Shown here: piece by piece, positions 32,239 to 43,768 of the stretch | How the letters are laid out: the number at the start of each line of letters is the position of its first letter | How positions within the stretch are numbered: position 1 is the first letter of the stretch | Source of the DNA: Candidatus Zhuqueibacterota bacterium | GTDB taxonomy: Bacteria; Zhuqueibacterota; Zhuqueibacteria; Thermofontimicrobiales; Thermofontimicrobiaceae | DNA: 64,000 nt | Direction of reading: 5' to 3' | NCBI GenBank assembly: GCA_049322915.1 | Contig: JBMOPW010000014.1 | Coordinates: 573,527 to 637,526 of the forward strand | The notes under the pieces: generated by a model | What the model saw: only the letters and a program-made list of their open reading frames with translations | The model's database searches: none | What the model was told of the DNA's origin: nothing | Made by a program: the position numbers and the translations under genes

Positions 32239-33234
32239 TTACGCTCCCACGTCGAAGGTCGCCGGCTTGGACCGATTCCAGTTGCCATATTCGTCGACGA
32301 TAGCAATGGTCCAATAATAGGAACCATTGGAGAGCGGTGATTGAATTGTATAGTGGTCGTTGCCTGAAGGAATATCACCAATCGTCATGACTTTGGTGTC
32401 ATACCCCTGGTCGATGATTCGGAAAATTTCAATGGTGAACGCGAACGGGTAGGGCAGAGAGACGGAGCTCCATGTGAATGTCGGCAGCGAGCCTAATACC
32501 ACTTTCCCCTGCGGCGCAACAATGAGAGGCTCTGTATCCACCACGCGGACGAGCTGGTGCGGCCCGAATTGCTGCTTTTGTCCGACGTTATCCTGCGCGA
32601 GGATATGTATAGGCTTACCGATCAATTCGTGAATTGATTTGATGAGCAGGTCGGGGCAATAAAATTTGTTCTGGAACAGGCCCACGGTGGCAGTGATTTC
32701 CAGCGTATCGGCAAAGGAAATATCCGGGATGAGAATTTGCACGGACTGGATATCCGCGTATCCATCCGGGTCGCTCATTGCAACCTGGCAATCGACAAGC
32801 TGCGACGGTTCCGTAGGCCACCAGAGATTGATGACCCCGGTCGTCAGTTGAATGCTCTGAAGTTCCGGCAGCCCGTCCAGGTTGAATTGCACCTGTTCTG
32901 TCTCGCCGGATTGAATGGCGACGTGGACTGTGTCGCTGCTGTAGCCCTCCAGCGCAGCGATCAGGCTGTAATCACCCGGGGAGACGCCGGGGAACAGGAA
33001 CGATCCGGATTGATCAGTCGCCGTTGTGTAAGCGCCGGGACCAAGGGTTAAATTGACGCTGGCGAGCGGTTTGTACGGCGCATAATAAGAATACACCGCG
33101 CCCCGGACATGTCCGAGATTTTGATATTGGCCGGATTGAGGATCCAGAGGATTGTCACGTTCCGCATTGCCAAAACATGAAAAAAATAGTAAGATGGGCA
33201 ATAACCCAACCGCACTTCGCTTCCAGCGTTTCAT
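32239..33234 (-). CDS. Lipoprotein with carboxypeptidase-regulatory-like domain
   Basis: Lipobox FFSC, ERDNPLDP, TDQSGSFLFPGVSPGDY. Confidence 0.75.
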   Translation of the reverse strand: MKRWKRSAVGLLPILLFFSCFGNAERDNPLDPQSGQYQNLGHVRGAVYSYYAPYKPLASVNLTLGPGAYTTATDQSGSFLFPGVSPGDYSLIAALEGYSSDTVHVAIQSGETEQVQFNLDGLPELQSIQLTTGVINLWWPTEPSQLVDCQVAMSDPDGYADIQSVQILIPDISFADTLEITATVGLFQNKFYCPDLLIKSIHELIGKPIHILAQDNVGQKQQFGPHQLVRVVDTEPLIVAPQGKVVLGSLPTFTWSSVSLPYPFAFTIEIFRIIDQGYDTKVMTIGDIPSGNDHYTIQSPLSNGSYYWTIAIVDEYGNWNRSKPATFDVGA

Positions 33235-33359
33235 GGAAAAATCTGACCCTCTTTATTTATCATACCTTTTTAAAATTTCGCGACCTCACACGTATATACC
33301 CGCAGCCGCACCCAATAGCGAAATAGTAAATCCGGTTTCTCAGTCGCCGGGCAGTTCTG

Positions 33360-33929
33360 TCAGTAGAAAAGCCGAGGATTTTTAATCCGCTTTTTATCAT
33401 TGAATTCGTTTCCCTCGAACGACAGCAGCGAGCGCTTCATCACCTCGCCGCCCTGAAAACCGCCGACTGAGAAATCCGAGCGAACTGCCCGATGGCAGGG
33501 AATGATGATCGGAAAGGGATTGTTCGACAACGCATTGCCCACAGCCCGGGACGCATTCGGATGGCCTAAATGGATGGCCAGGCGCTTGTAATGGGTCACA
33601 TACCCGTACGGGATTTGAAACTCGGCGCGGAGTACCCGCTGCTGAAATTCCGGACATAAATCCAATCGCACTGAATCCAGGCTGAATTGCTGGCGTTCAC
33701 CTTCCAGAACCGAGGTGATCTGTGCGGCCATGCGATCGATTTCGGAACAGGATTTCTCGATCTCGCGGGAAAGCAATGTCCGATATATTTTTTCACTGAT
33801 TCGTACCGGGTTCGGCAGAATCACTTGCATAATTTTTGGCTCATGCTGCGCCACTGACCAGAGCAAAATGAACGTGCCAAATGGCGACTTGCCGATGTGA
33901 TATAACTTTTCGTCCTGTGTCTGCTTCAT
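33360..33929 (-). CDS. ogt: Methylated-DNA--protein-cysteine methyltransferase
   Basis: RAVGNAL..NP, IPCHR. Confidence 0.9.
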   Translation of the reverse strand: MKQTQDEKLYHIGKSPFGTFILLWSVAQHEPKIMQVILPNPVRISEKIYRTLLSREIEKSCSEIDRMAAQITSVLEGERQQFSLDSVRLDLCPEFQQRVLRAEFQIPYGYVTHYKRLAIHLGHPNASRAVGNALSNNPFPIIIPCHRAVRSDFSVGGFQGGEVMKRSLLSFEGNEFNDKKRIKNPRLFY

Positions 33930-34204
33930 GTCTCTGATTCACACCTGTTTCGAAATGGGAGATGGGGAGTAATTTCCTTTTGTTCTGTTCGCTTGCTCGC
34001 GTATAAATTGTCGCCATGATTCCGCTGGTTGACCGGCGCATTGCGGGGCTCCATCCGCGTTGAACAGGCTGGCCGGCATGTCGTCGCGCGATAATTGCCT
34101 CGATCATTTTCACCGCTGACCCTGCGAGGAAATGAAACGGCTGCCTGGATTCAGTCGAACGAATCGTTTGATTCATTCGGCCTCGCAAGTGATGCGCCTC
34201 AGTT

Positions 34205-34462
34205 TTATTCGCCCGAAAAGACAATGAGCCGCGCTTCGACGCCCTGAAGGAGATTTAATTTTCGAGCCATTTCTTCGTGATCCTTGCTATTGCCGACAAG
34301 TTCCAGGAAAATCAGGCCGGATTCGGTGCAATTTTCCAGGGTTCCTTCATGGAGACCCAACCGAGTTTTGATATTGCAGCCCCATGCCGTTAAAATTTGC
34401 TGCACTTTCGAGGCGGATTCCTTCCGCGCGTTGACGTTGATCAATATGACATTCTTCACCAT
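34205..34462 (-). CDS. Small ACT-like protein (TM1266-related)
   Basis: VQQILTAWGCNIKTRLGLHE; start re-set to ATG 34462. Confidence 0.65.
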   Translation of the reverse strand: MVKNVILINVNARKESASKVQQILTAWGCNIKTRLGLHEGTLENCTESGLIFLELVGNSKDHEEMARKLNLLQGVEARLIVFSGE

Positions 34463-34668
34463 AAAGAGGCCCTTTCGTTTTTGATCCGAATAACTATCGC
34501 TCACTGCCCCCGAGATTGCTCGCCCGTTCAAGTTTCCCTGAACACTTATTTTGATTTCATTGCTGAATCATGCGACGCTCTGAAAGCGTTGCTACATGTG
34601 ATGGATTCTCTCTCCCTCAAAACCGTGAATTTTGTTCACGATTTTATTGAGGCGAAATGATTAAAAGA

Positions 34669-34748
34669 ATATGAATGACCCGTTAATAGATTGGCGCCTA
34701 TATTATTATTGGGCGTACGCGTAGTGGGCGGTCGCGACCGTCCACTAC
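34669..34748 (+). repeat. 80-bp repeat ending in GTAG-type REP hairpin, copy 2
   Basis: Similar to 7994-8073. Confidence 0.7.
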
Positions 34749-34882
34749 TTTTAAATTTGAAAGAAGCCCCAATCCGTTTACATCCATCGAAGGATGCATC
34801 TTCGACATAATCCGTGCGGAACGTCCGCCATCTTTTTGGCGGATTATCAGTGTCATCCGCGTTCTATGACATGCCTGGAAAT

Positions 34883-35632
34883 TTATTTCGCTAGTTTTTC
34901 CTGCCAGAATTTCACCCATTCGGCATCGGCTCTCTCTAATCGGTTTTTTTTTAAATTTTCCCTCATCACCCGGAGGATGTCCGGGTTGTCTGACCGGAAC
35001 CAGCGCTCCATTCGCTTTTTGCCTTCCGAAGGCAGCGCCGCGACAGCGACGCTCCAGCAATAGCCCATCCCCTTGCGCAGTGCCTGGAATTCCGGGCTTT
35101 TTCTATCGGCATTGGAATGGAGAAACGATTCGGTGATCCGGTCCAGAATATCGAGGACGCGGACTGTGGAGGAGGCATCTTTCAGAAAGCGCGGCTCGCA
35201 AACAGCGGCAGCAGCAGCCCGCTGCTCCAACAGATTGCCGGCGCACCATCGCTCCATTTCATCAATCAGGTCGGACAGGTGAACATCGCCGAAGCGCTGC
35301 AACGCCATGGCCACACCTTCGCGAGTTCGCCAGCGGGGATCCGATGCCGCCAAACGCAACCGGGGTAGAACATCGAGCCGACCGTTGGCAAGCAATTTCC
35401 CCAGGCCCAGTACACCGCAGAATGCCAAAAACTCCTCCGGCGAATTGATCGGCGCCTTATCCACAGTGTAAGTCAGATATCGCAGGAAGAGCGCTTCATC
35501 GCCCAAGTCCGCGACAGCCTGGCCCAGTTCAATATTGCCTCGCGGCCCGGGCAGGCCGGATTCCCGGAGCAAGAACTCGTCCCAGTGTTGCAGTGTGGCT
35601 AATTTCTCCCTGTACATGTCAATTTTATTCAT
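34883..35632 (-). CDS. HEAT-repeat-like hypothetical protein
   Basis: SGLPGPRGN, ASDPRWRTREGVAMALQ. Confidence 0.75.
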   Translation of the reverse strand: MNKIDMYREKLATLQHWDEFLLRESGLPGPRGNIELGQAVADLGDEALFLRYLTYTVDKAPINSPEEFLAFCGVLGLGKLLANGRLDVLPRLRLAASDPRWRTREGVAMALQRFGDVHLSDLIDEMERWCAGNLLEQRAAAAAVCEPRFLKDASSTVRVLDILDRITESFLHSNADRKSPEFQALRKGMGYCWSVAVAALPSEGKKRMERWFRSDNPDILRVMRENLKKNRLERADAEWVKFWQEKLAK

Positions 35633-36522
35633 AGCTTCTCAGATGAAAATTTATAACTGAATCCAATATGCGCAGCAATGTAACTCCTGACGGCATTGAA
35701 TGCCGGCTCCCAATCATTCTCCGTGACCGCGGAGGTCAGGAAATAATCCGTGGTGCTGTTAATTGTAAAAAAGGAAGTGATGGGAAATTCAAGCCCAATC
35801 AGCAGGGACAGGCCAAAGCGCTGGCCATCATCCACTTTTGCGTACGATTTCAGGCCAATGTCAAAGGTGCGTTTCACCATCCCCAGCTTCACGCCCCCGT
35901 AGGGAGTCATTATGTGCCTCCCCGGCTGAGCCTGAGGTTTATAATACACTGCAAACGCATAAAACTGGCCACTCACTTCAGGAATGAATCGGGTTGAAAA
36001 ATTGTTCTCTGACTCTTCAGTCCTGATCTGGTCAGGTTCGCGAAATCTGGTGTAGTCGATGCTGAGACCGGCATAAATTTTCCGACCGAACACGATCTCA
36101 AATCCCAGGGAATGGGCTGAATGAAAATTATCCGCCGTTTCAATGGGAAAATAATACGGATAACCTGCCCGAGCATTCACCTGTATTTTGAGCTTCATCG
36201 CCGGAGTGCTTTTATCCGAAGGCGCTCTCTCGCCGGCAGCGATCGCTGGGACTAGACCGAATCTGGTCTGAGAAATTCCTCGTCCCAACACCCTGTCGGC
36301 GAACGGAGCATGCAACGTAACGAATTTCGCCCCGATTGTTTTCTGCTCCGATAACTCGACGTGCCCGGTCATGAATGGGTCGCGGTGCACGCTGTCCGTT
36401 GCAGACCCATTTTGAGTTTCCAGTCCGGCAACCGCCAGCCTGGCGTTAGTTTGTGCGTCCAAAAAGGCGGCAGTATTGAACATGACGAATAGGGTGAACG
36501 CGGCAAGCCTGGTCATCCCCAT
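35629..36522 (-). CDS. Secreted/outer-membrane beta-barrel-like protein
   Basis: Signal peptide, amphipathic strands, terminal GFSYKF. Confidence 0.6.
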   Translation of the reverse strand: MGMTRLAAFTLFVMFNTAAFLDAQTNARLAVAGLETQNGSATDSVHRDPFMTGHVELSEQKTIGAKFVTLHAPFADRVLGRGISQTRFGLVPAIAAGERAPSDKSTPAMKLKIQVNARAGYPYYFPIETADNFHSAHSLGFEIVFGRKIYAGLSIDYTRFREPDQIRTEESENNFSTRFIPEVSGQFYAFAVYYKPQAQPGRHIMTPYGGVKLGMVKRTFDIGLKSYAKVDDGQRFGLSLLIGLEFPITSFFTINSTTDYFLTSAVTENDWEPAFNAVRSYIAAHIGFSYKFSSEKL

Positions 36523-36779
36523 GTCCTCCAGCCCATGAGACCTCCGTACGGTAACTTCGATTGAAAATCACCTGACGAGCGGGTTCTGTCCGGTGAATTC
36601 GCGAACAAACTATCATAATCTACACTATTTCCATTAAAAGTCAACAAGAAAATTGGTGTCGCCAGGTTCGTTTTTTGAGAATAAAAAGCCACCCCGGGAT
36701 AATCCTGAGGTGGCTGAACCAATTATATGAAGCAAAATCAATTCGGGTCAGACCTGGAATTGATTGCGTATCCTGAGTC

Positions 36780-38558
36780 CTATTTCACAAGGGACATAGT
36801 TCGGGTGTAGATGTGCTCACCGGAATTCATGCGGTACAGGTAGACGCCGCTGGACACGTGTCGGCCGGAATTATCAGTACCGTCCCATTCGACCTGATAT
36901 TCACCCTGGGTCACAGTTCGCGAAACCAGCGATTTCACTTCTTCACCCAACATGTTGTACACGTTGATGGTGATGAAGCTTTCTTTGGGGACAGCATACT
37001 TAATGATAGTCGTTGGGTTGAACGGATTGGGGTAGTTGTTGTACAAACGATACGTCTGGACCGTGGTTTCTGTGATTTCATTTTCAACGCCGGTGCCTTC
37101 ACCCTCTTCAAAAATATAAAACCAGGGATCGTCCGTAACGATGGTTCGGTCCACGCCATAGTTAAGCACCACCATCTCTTTGTGGCCGTCGCCATCCAGT
37201 TCGCCCAAATCGCCGTCCCAGAACCGGGGCGACATCTGATTGATGATGTCGGTCGAAAGATAGGTCGCCCAGTGGTTCCAAACGTCGAACGCAACGGTGA
37301 ACGTCCAGCTATTGGAATCGAGGGGATCGCCGCTGCCTTTGTATTCGATATCATAGACCTGGCCGTTGCCGGAACCGCAGATCATAATGTCCATTTTTCC
37401 ATCCTGATCCATGTCAGTTAAAATCCCGGTTCGCGCTGCCCTGCCTGTGGTGTTCATCGGATGGGTTGGATAGACAATCAGATCCACGAACGAAGCTGAA
37501 TCGACCTGGCTGACATCGGTGATGTTGCTGACGGCAAATACATGGCCCATGGCGTTGTCGTCTTTGTCGGTGGCGACGAAATACATTTCTTTGACGCCAT
37601 CGTTATTCACATCGCCGACCTGAATACCGCGCACTGTGCCGTAATCGGTATCTGCGCTCACGTGGCGAATGTACGCTTCACGGGTGAATGTTCCCGGAGC
37701 CTGGCATTCGTAGATATTGAGGGTCAATCGATCCCAGGGCGGAACGAACAATTCCAGCTTGCCGTCAGAATCCAGATCACCGGTGGCAACGCAGTACAAA
37801 CCACCGCCGTCGAAATGGTTCACGTAATTGGGATCATTGGTATCGTTGGTGATGTACCATTCGATATTCCAGTTTGGAAAATCCCAGGAATCGGTCTGGG
37901 AAATGACGTAGACAGCTTTTGGCTCGCGCATCTGGGCGATTAATTCCATGGTTCCGTCTTTGTCAATATCAATAACTTCAAATGCGAACGGAACAATGCT
38001 GTAATCATCCGCCACGTTGAAGTTCCACACAGCGCTTGGATTTACGCCGTTATCAAAGCCATACACATTCTGGCCATTGACTCCATTCCACTCGAAAACC
38101 GCGACTCGCGGGGGATTGTGGTCGACGACGTTGCCCGTCATATCCACCGGCAAGCCAACGATGATCTCCACCAGCCCATTGCCGTTCAAATCGCCAACGG
38201 TGACTGCAGACCAGTCGCGATATAGGCCATTGGGCACGGGAATGATGGGATACAGATAGACGATTTCGTAGGTGTTGTCTCCAGTCGCCTCATAGACAAC
38301 AAAATGGCAGGAGTCGCCATTTGTCGTGAGGAAAGCAAATTCGCCCTTCCCATCCTGATCAGTGTCGCCCACATATTTGACATTGGTCATTTGGCCATTG
38401 CCGCCTTCGGGCAGATCAGAAAAGCTGGCGACAAAATGGAATTTGTTATCGCCCGGGTCCTGAGCAGTCGCCATGACGGACAGCAGCAATACGATCGCAC
38501 ATGCGCTGAGCATGGTAGCAAATCTTTTCATGTGTAACTCCTTTTTGTTGAATGACAA
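36780..38558 (-). CDS. FG-GAP/VCBS repeat protein with FlgD/T9SS-like C-terminal domain
   Basis: Repeated GDxxxDG motifs; NYPNPFNP...WDG...SGVY. Confidence 0.88.
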   Translation of the reverse strand: MSFNKKELHMKRFATMLSACAIVLLLSVMATAQDPGDNKFHFVASFSDLPEGGNGQMTNVKYVGDTDQDGKGEFAFLTTNGDSCHFVVYEATGDNTYEIVYLYPIIPVPNGLYRDWSAVTVGDLNGNGLVEIIVGLPVDMTGNVVDHNPPRVAVFEWNGVNGQNVYGFDNGVNPSAVWNFNVADDYSIVPFAFEVIDIDKDGTMELIAQMREPKAVYVISQTDSWDFPNWNIEWYITNDTNDPNYVNHFDGGGLYCVATGDLDSDGKLELFVPPWDRLTLNIYECQAPGTFTREAYIRHVSADTDYGTVRGIQVGDVNNDGVKEMYFVATDKDDNAMGHVFAVSNITDVSQVDSASFVDLIVYPTHPMNTTGRAARTGILTDMDQDGKMDIMICGSGNGQVYDIEYKGSGDPLDSNSWTFTVAFDVWNHWATYLSTDIINQMSPRFWDGDLGELDGDGHKEMVVLNYGVDRTIVTDDPWFYIFEEGEGTGVENEITETTVQTYRLYNNYPNPFNPTTIIKYAVPKESFITINVYNMLGEEVKSLVSRTVTQGEYQVEWDGTDNSGRHVSSGVYLYRMNSGEHIYTRTMSLVK

Positions 38559-38585
38559 ATAATAAGTGATTTAAAAAGCGAATTT

Positions 38586-38614
38586 AATATATAAAAATAT
38601 TATTCACTTGTCAA
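38586..38614 (-). promoter_or_regulatory. sigma70 promoter of FG-GAP gene
   Basis: TTGACA-N17-TATATT. Confidence 0.6.
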
Positions 38615-38625
38615 TATAAATTATG

Positions 38626-38745
38626 GATTGTTCAAGGAAGATGACTTTTCATTCTGTATGCGTTAACCATAATCGCCGATGCCCTAATTTTATTACAACA
38701 AGCGATTCGCCTCGCAGGCAACAAACGCGGGACTCTGTGCTGCTG
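38626..38745 (+). repeat. 120-bp direct repeat, left boundary of AT-rich island
   Basis: Close copy of 46663-46782. Confidence 0.85.
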
Positions 38746-38749
38746 CAGC

Positions 38750-39347
38750 GAAAGCCCTGATTGTGCAGTTCTACGGTGATGCGGGAACTGCCATCCCGCC
38801 CTTTTTAGCTGGCGTAAATGATTTTTATCGCTATGAGCAATCGTTCGTTTTCCTGTGCCCAGTTCCCAGGTGCTGTGTTCAACCACTGGTAGTAGCCATT
38901 GTGGCGCACATTTATGGCATGACATAATTTTGATAACTGAAATGCATGCCGCTGCTCATAAATAAATTGGTACTTAAAAGCAGTTGTTTCGAGAAAAAGA
39001 GCCAAGGCTTTTTTTTAAATATCCCGTTCTTCTTCAGCATCGCGCAGTCGTTTCTCGATCTGCCGCATACGCTCATCAGGTGGTTTCAGATAACCATTAC
39101 GCGGAAACGAGTGTTCGGGATCATCCTGAAATTCTTTCATCCACCGATGAAGAATATTCGGATGGATGCCAAGATTGCTTGCTACTTTCGCAATCTGATT
39201 GTCTTGTTTCAGTGCAATCTGCACAGCTTCGTGTTTGAATTCTTTGGTATAGTGTCGTCGTGTTTGTTTTTCTGACATCAGGGACACTCCTGGTTATTAT
39301 TTTTTATATATGCTCTAACTTATCTTCGTGTCCATTATAATATAGCA
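38750..39347 (-). mobile_element. IS3-family remnant (orfA, frameshift site, degraded orfB start)
   Basis: RRHYTKEFKHEAV...EEERDI, A-run slippery site, left end TG...AATGGACAC at 39347; orfB disrupted. Confidence 0.85.
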
Positions 39348-39559
39348 ATTCCGTGGATTATTGTATTGGAGGCCGGGGTTATGGATTTGAACCCTCCAGC
39401 AGTAGTACAAATTGTCGGGTAGAAAATGATATATTTAGAAAATTGCGCCATGCGTTTATTGCTGCTGCTGGTTCTAATTGCAATGTTTGGACATTCAATT
39501 ATTCTAGAAAACAACATTCTACAACACATGGGTGGACGGATTGCGTTAGCTTTTCTCAT

Positions 39560-40243
39560 CGCTGCAATAAAGCATTGAAAGCGGATAATCAAAATACTAT
39601 TCTGCTGAATGATGTTGCTGTCAAATATGCTAATCAGGAAATCGACGTCGTCGCTAAAAATCTGCTGGTGGGCGACCTCATCGATCAGGGTGATTATCCA
39701 GGAGCCATCGAGCAGTGCCTGGCAGTAACAAAGTCATTTTCTGAAACAGAATACAATAAATACTCCCTGTACGACCTGGGTAATATTTATTGGTATTATT
39801 TAAACGATCCCAAAACCGGGGCAACGTATTACCGCCAACTCATTGCTCAATATCCTGACGATCATCTGGCAATTTCAGCGTTAGCCACTCTGGGCCAATG
39901 GGTTTCGGAAAAAAATATTAAACCCAATCCGGATCAAACCACTCCAACAGCCGAGGCGAGTCCGACCAAATTTGCTTTACTGTAAAATTATCCCAATCCC
40001 TTTAATCCCGAAACTATCATCCGCTTCGAGCTTCCAGAAGCAGCCCAATTAACCATTAAAGTGTACAACATTCTCGGCGCAGAGATCGCCACGCTGGTGA
40101 ACGAACATCTGGAAGGTGGCGCTCATGCCATTTACTGAAATGGTCAGGACAAATTTGGTAACTCAGTCGCCAACGGCGTTTAATGGGTATGAATGCGCAC
40201 GGGCGAGTTTATAGCGCAGCAGCAGGTGGTTTTGGTGCGGTAA
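39560..40243 (+). pseudogene. Truncated TPR + CTD paralog of 43894-46338
   Basis: GDYPGAIEQCL...ALATLG shared; stop before NYPNPFNP and several stops in CTD; 5' boundary approximate. Confidence 0.8.
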
Positions 40244-40635
40244 AAAAATTTTTAACATGTGATAATCATCACCTGACATTACTCTTTTTTTTTATTACAT
40301 TTACCATGACTTCAAATTGAAATCTCATCCTATGCCGTGTCAGAAGCGACACCTTTCTTAATCCTCCGCTCGTTCAACAACTACGGATGTAACCAAAAAC
40401 AGGGATGTTTGTTCAATGATAAAAAATTTTCTCAGCGCAGCGAAGCTACGATTAATAATTTTCATCGATAAATTTTCACCTTTGACTTTTTTCGCATCGA
40501 TGTTCCGCCTTCTTTTTGGTGGAAAAGTGTGGTATCCAGCTTCATTTATTGAAATATCGCGATGAAAAAAGACTGGACAAAAGTTGCTGGGTGATAACAT
40601 AACTTTCAAAAGTATTATAATGTAAGGAAAATAAT

Positions 40636-41871
40636 ATGTCGGCTCGAAAACTTCAATATGCGATGTTGTTTATACTGACGTCGATATTCGTTTCTTGTGA
40701 GGGAATTTTTAATAACGATGATTCCAAACTTACCGCCAATGCTGGTCCGGATCAGACAACTATTGTTGGCAGTTATGTAATATTGGATGCCAGCAAAAGT
40801 AACGGTAGCATTGAATGGTATGAATGGGAACAGGATGAAAAGAATCCGCAAAAAGTAAAAATTTTTTCCGGGTATGATTATTCTCGGCAACAAATCGGAT
40901 TTGTTGAAAAGGGTAGTTATAAGTTTAGATTAATTGTAAAAAGTGGAACCAAAGTCAGCGCGGCGGATGAAGCACTGGTTACAGTGAATCCCAATCCACA
41001 GAGTTTATTTGAAGATCCCAATCTGGAGATCGCAGTTCGATTTATGTTAAAATTGCCAACTGAAATCTTAACTGACGATATTCTCCTTACTTTAGATTCA
41101 TTGCGATATTTTGATATCGTAGCCGACATTTCATCGCTACAAGGCTTACAACGATGTAAAAATCTTACCTGTCTCCAAATGGATCACCAAAGCATATCGG
41201 ATATTTCTCCTGTCGCTACTTTAGCAAAACTTAGAGTATTAGATTTTGCAGAAAATCAAAAAATTAGTGATATTACACCGCTTACTAATCTAATACAATT
41301 GGAATGGATAAATCTTTCTGATAATTTAATAACTGATATATCTCCATTGGCTAATATGATAAGGTTAAAATATTTAAATTTAAGATATAATGGAAGTATA
41401 AATGATATTTCCTCTTTAAGCAATATGGTTCAATTAGAGGAATTAAAAATGGCCAATGCACTATTAACTAATCTATCCCCATTGCAAAAATTATCAAACT
41501 TAAGAACACTTTGGTTCACTAGTTGTAATATATCAGATATTTCTTATTTAAAAAATCTAAATAACCTGATAAATTTAAAAATAACTTTTGGTAATATAAA
41601 TAATTTAATGCCATTATCCAATCTAACAAAATTAGAATGGTTAGCATTAGAAAAAAATAATACTTCAGATATTTCAGCACTAAAAAATTTGCCTAATTTG
41701 GAATATGTGCGGTTGTGGGATAATCAAGTAACAAACATTAAACCATTGGTTGATAACGCCGGCGTTGGCAAGGGAGATATTGTTGCATTGAATAATAATC
41801 CTTTAGATGAAATATCAGTCAATGAGTATATCCCGGCATTACAAGCGCGTGGTGTTGCAGTTACTTGGTAA
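40636..41871 (+). CDS. Lipoprotein with PKD-like domain and internalin-type leucine-rich repeats
   Basis: Lipobox FVSC, ANAGPDQ, 22-aa LRRs (ISDISPLxNLxxLxxLxL). Confidence 0.88.
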   Translation: MSARKLQYAMLFILTSIFVSCEGIFNNDDSKLTANAGPDQTTIVGSYVILDASKSNGSIEWYEWEQDEKNPQKVKIFSGYDYSRQQIGFVEKGSYKFRLIVKSGTKVSAADEALVTVNPNPQSLFEDPNLEIAVRFMLKLPTEILTDDILLTLDSLRYFDIVADISSLQGLQRCKNLTCLQMDHQSISDISPVATLAKLRVLDFAENQKISDITPLTNLIQLEWINLSDNLITDISPLANMIRLKYLNLRYNGSINDISSLSNMVQLEELKMANALLTNLSPLQKLSNLRTLWFTSCNISDISYLKNLNNLINLKITFGNINNLMPLSNLTKLEWLALEKNNTSDISALKNLPNLEYVRLWDNQVTNIKPLVDNAGVGKGDIVALNNNPLDEISVNEYIPALQARGVAVTW

Positions 41872-42007
41872 TAGATAAAAGGGGTAGTTATTATGTTACG
41901 ATACTGGTTTTCTTACCAAACTATTTGGAGGTGTTTGAAATTTATATCTCTTGCCCCATCTTTCCAATGAATGAATTGGATGGATGGGGCAGATAAATAT
42001 AATTCTA

Positions 42008-42968
42008 ACTAAACTTTCTCAAAAACAGTTTGAAAATAACAGATTAACATGCTATATTTCAGTTAGTTAATTGGTTGAATAATTAAAAGAGCTAACTGAT
42101 ATGCTAAAAATAACTCACTTGCCGCAAATTGTGCAAAAGCACGCACGGAATTTTAAAGGAATATTTTCAAATAAAGCCCAATATCAACATTTCAAACAGT
42201 ATCTCACTGGGATCATGATTGTTGCAGATAAGACCTGTTCTGGCATTCAATCGACCTTCATTGAGCAAAAGTCTGTCAATAGTCTTGACCATTTTCTGAT
42301 TCATACGAAATGGTCTGAAGTGGAAATGAATCGAAAGCGCATCAAAGATTTACAAAATCGTCCGGAAACCACATCGCGACGTGATGGCATTGTTGCGATT
42401 GATGACACGCTATCCCATCCCGAAACTTCGGGACGGGTAAGCATATCGACGATGCGGAGTATCATTTCGATCATTCAACCGGGAAAATGGTATTAGGCCA
42501 TAATCTGGTTACTGCCCAATACAATGATTCTCATGTGAATTATCCGCTGGATTATCGTCTGTATCATCGCCAACCCGATAAAAAATTTATTACCGCCGCC
42601 TACAAAAAATTGGAGCATCGATGCGTTTTATCGAGATGCAAAACAACATTTAGGATTAGAAGCCTATCAGTTGAGAAACGCCACAGGTATCAAACGACAT
42701 TGGTACTTTGTTTTCTTAGCGTATTCGTTTTTAATGTTGAATGTGCGTCGAAGCAAATTGAACAAACGCTTAAACGCCAAATTAGCGACCATTGGCGAAT
42801 CGAGTCGTGCTCTGGCTGATGAAGTAACGATGTCCCTTATTCTATGGATTTATAAAAATTTTCAAAAAAACAAACAAGCAGATGAGGTAATTAAATGTCT
42901 GCTCGCTTAGTCCTAAATTTTATTTAAGCTTAGAAAACCTTTTATTTAAATTTTTGTGAAAGTTTAGT
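42008..42968 (+). mobile_element. Internally deleted IS701-family element
   Basis: Fragments with YLTG, VAIDDT, LGLEAY; 18-bp terminal IRs actaaactttctcaaaaa / tttttgtgaaagtttagt (17/18). Confidence 0.8.
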
Positions 42969-43042
42969 ATACTTTTTATTTTCAAGATGTAGCATTAAGA
43001 AATTAACTAACAGAAGTTTTAAATTAAACCAAAGGAGAGCTT

Positions 43043-43768
43043 ATGAAGCGAAGAAACAGTTATCTTTATTTCTGGGCATTCTTTTTAGTAATTATTTCTT
43101 ACTCTTCATCATTAACTGCTCAAAATTCATTTCATTTTGATGCTCAGGTTGGTGTAAATTTAAGCCATCCTATTGCTTCTTCAATAAATGATACAGAAAA
43201 AGGACAAACCTACTCAGTGCATTATATTCCCGGGTATAATTGGGCGGGAGTATTTAGCTTTAAAAGAAACAGACTTGCTGTTGGTATAGGATTATGCCAT
43301 AAAGCCATAAATTTTAATCATGTAAGAAATTTTGTTCTACCTGAATTTCCTATTAGTGCTTCTTCAGTAAAATCCGAGACAATTGCAAGATTGAATTATT
43401 TATGCCTGCCTATTTATTCTTCATTCATGTTAAATCCTGCAAAAGGGCTTTACATGAGTATTAATGCAGAATTCTGTAGGCTTGCTAATGATGTATATTA
43501 TGAAATACTAACATTGGTGAGTGGGGAACATAAAAAAATATGTTACGAGCTTCATGATTTTTTTGATCCAAATTCGATATTCCTAAACCTGGGAGTCGGC
43601 ATGCAAATTAGGGCCAACACAAAATTAGCATTTGAGATAGGTATTACTCCAGAATCTAATTACAGAAACAGGAGAGGAACAGGATCTACCAGTTATTTCA
43701 ATTTTTCGAAAAGAATTATGACATGCCGTATTACATTATTGTATGAATTATTTCGTTTCAACATCTGA
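43043..43768 (+). CDS. Outer-membrane beta-barrel (PorT-like) protein
   Basis: Signal peptide, GVNLS, LNYLCLP. Confidence 0.65.
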   Translation: MKRRNSYLYFWAFFLVIISYSSSLTAQNSFHFDAQVGVNLSHPIASSINDTEKGQTYSVHYIPGYNWAGVFSFKRNRLAVGIGLCHKAINFNHVRNFVLPEFPISASSVKSETIARLNYLCLPIYSSFMLNPAKGLYMSINAEFCRLANDVYYEILTLVSGEHKKICYELHDFFDPNSIFLNLGVGMQIRANTKLAFEIGITPESNYRNRRGTGSTSYFNFSKRIMTCRITLLYELFRFNI

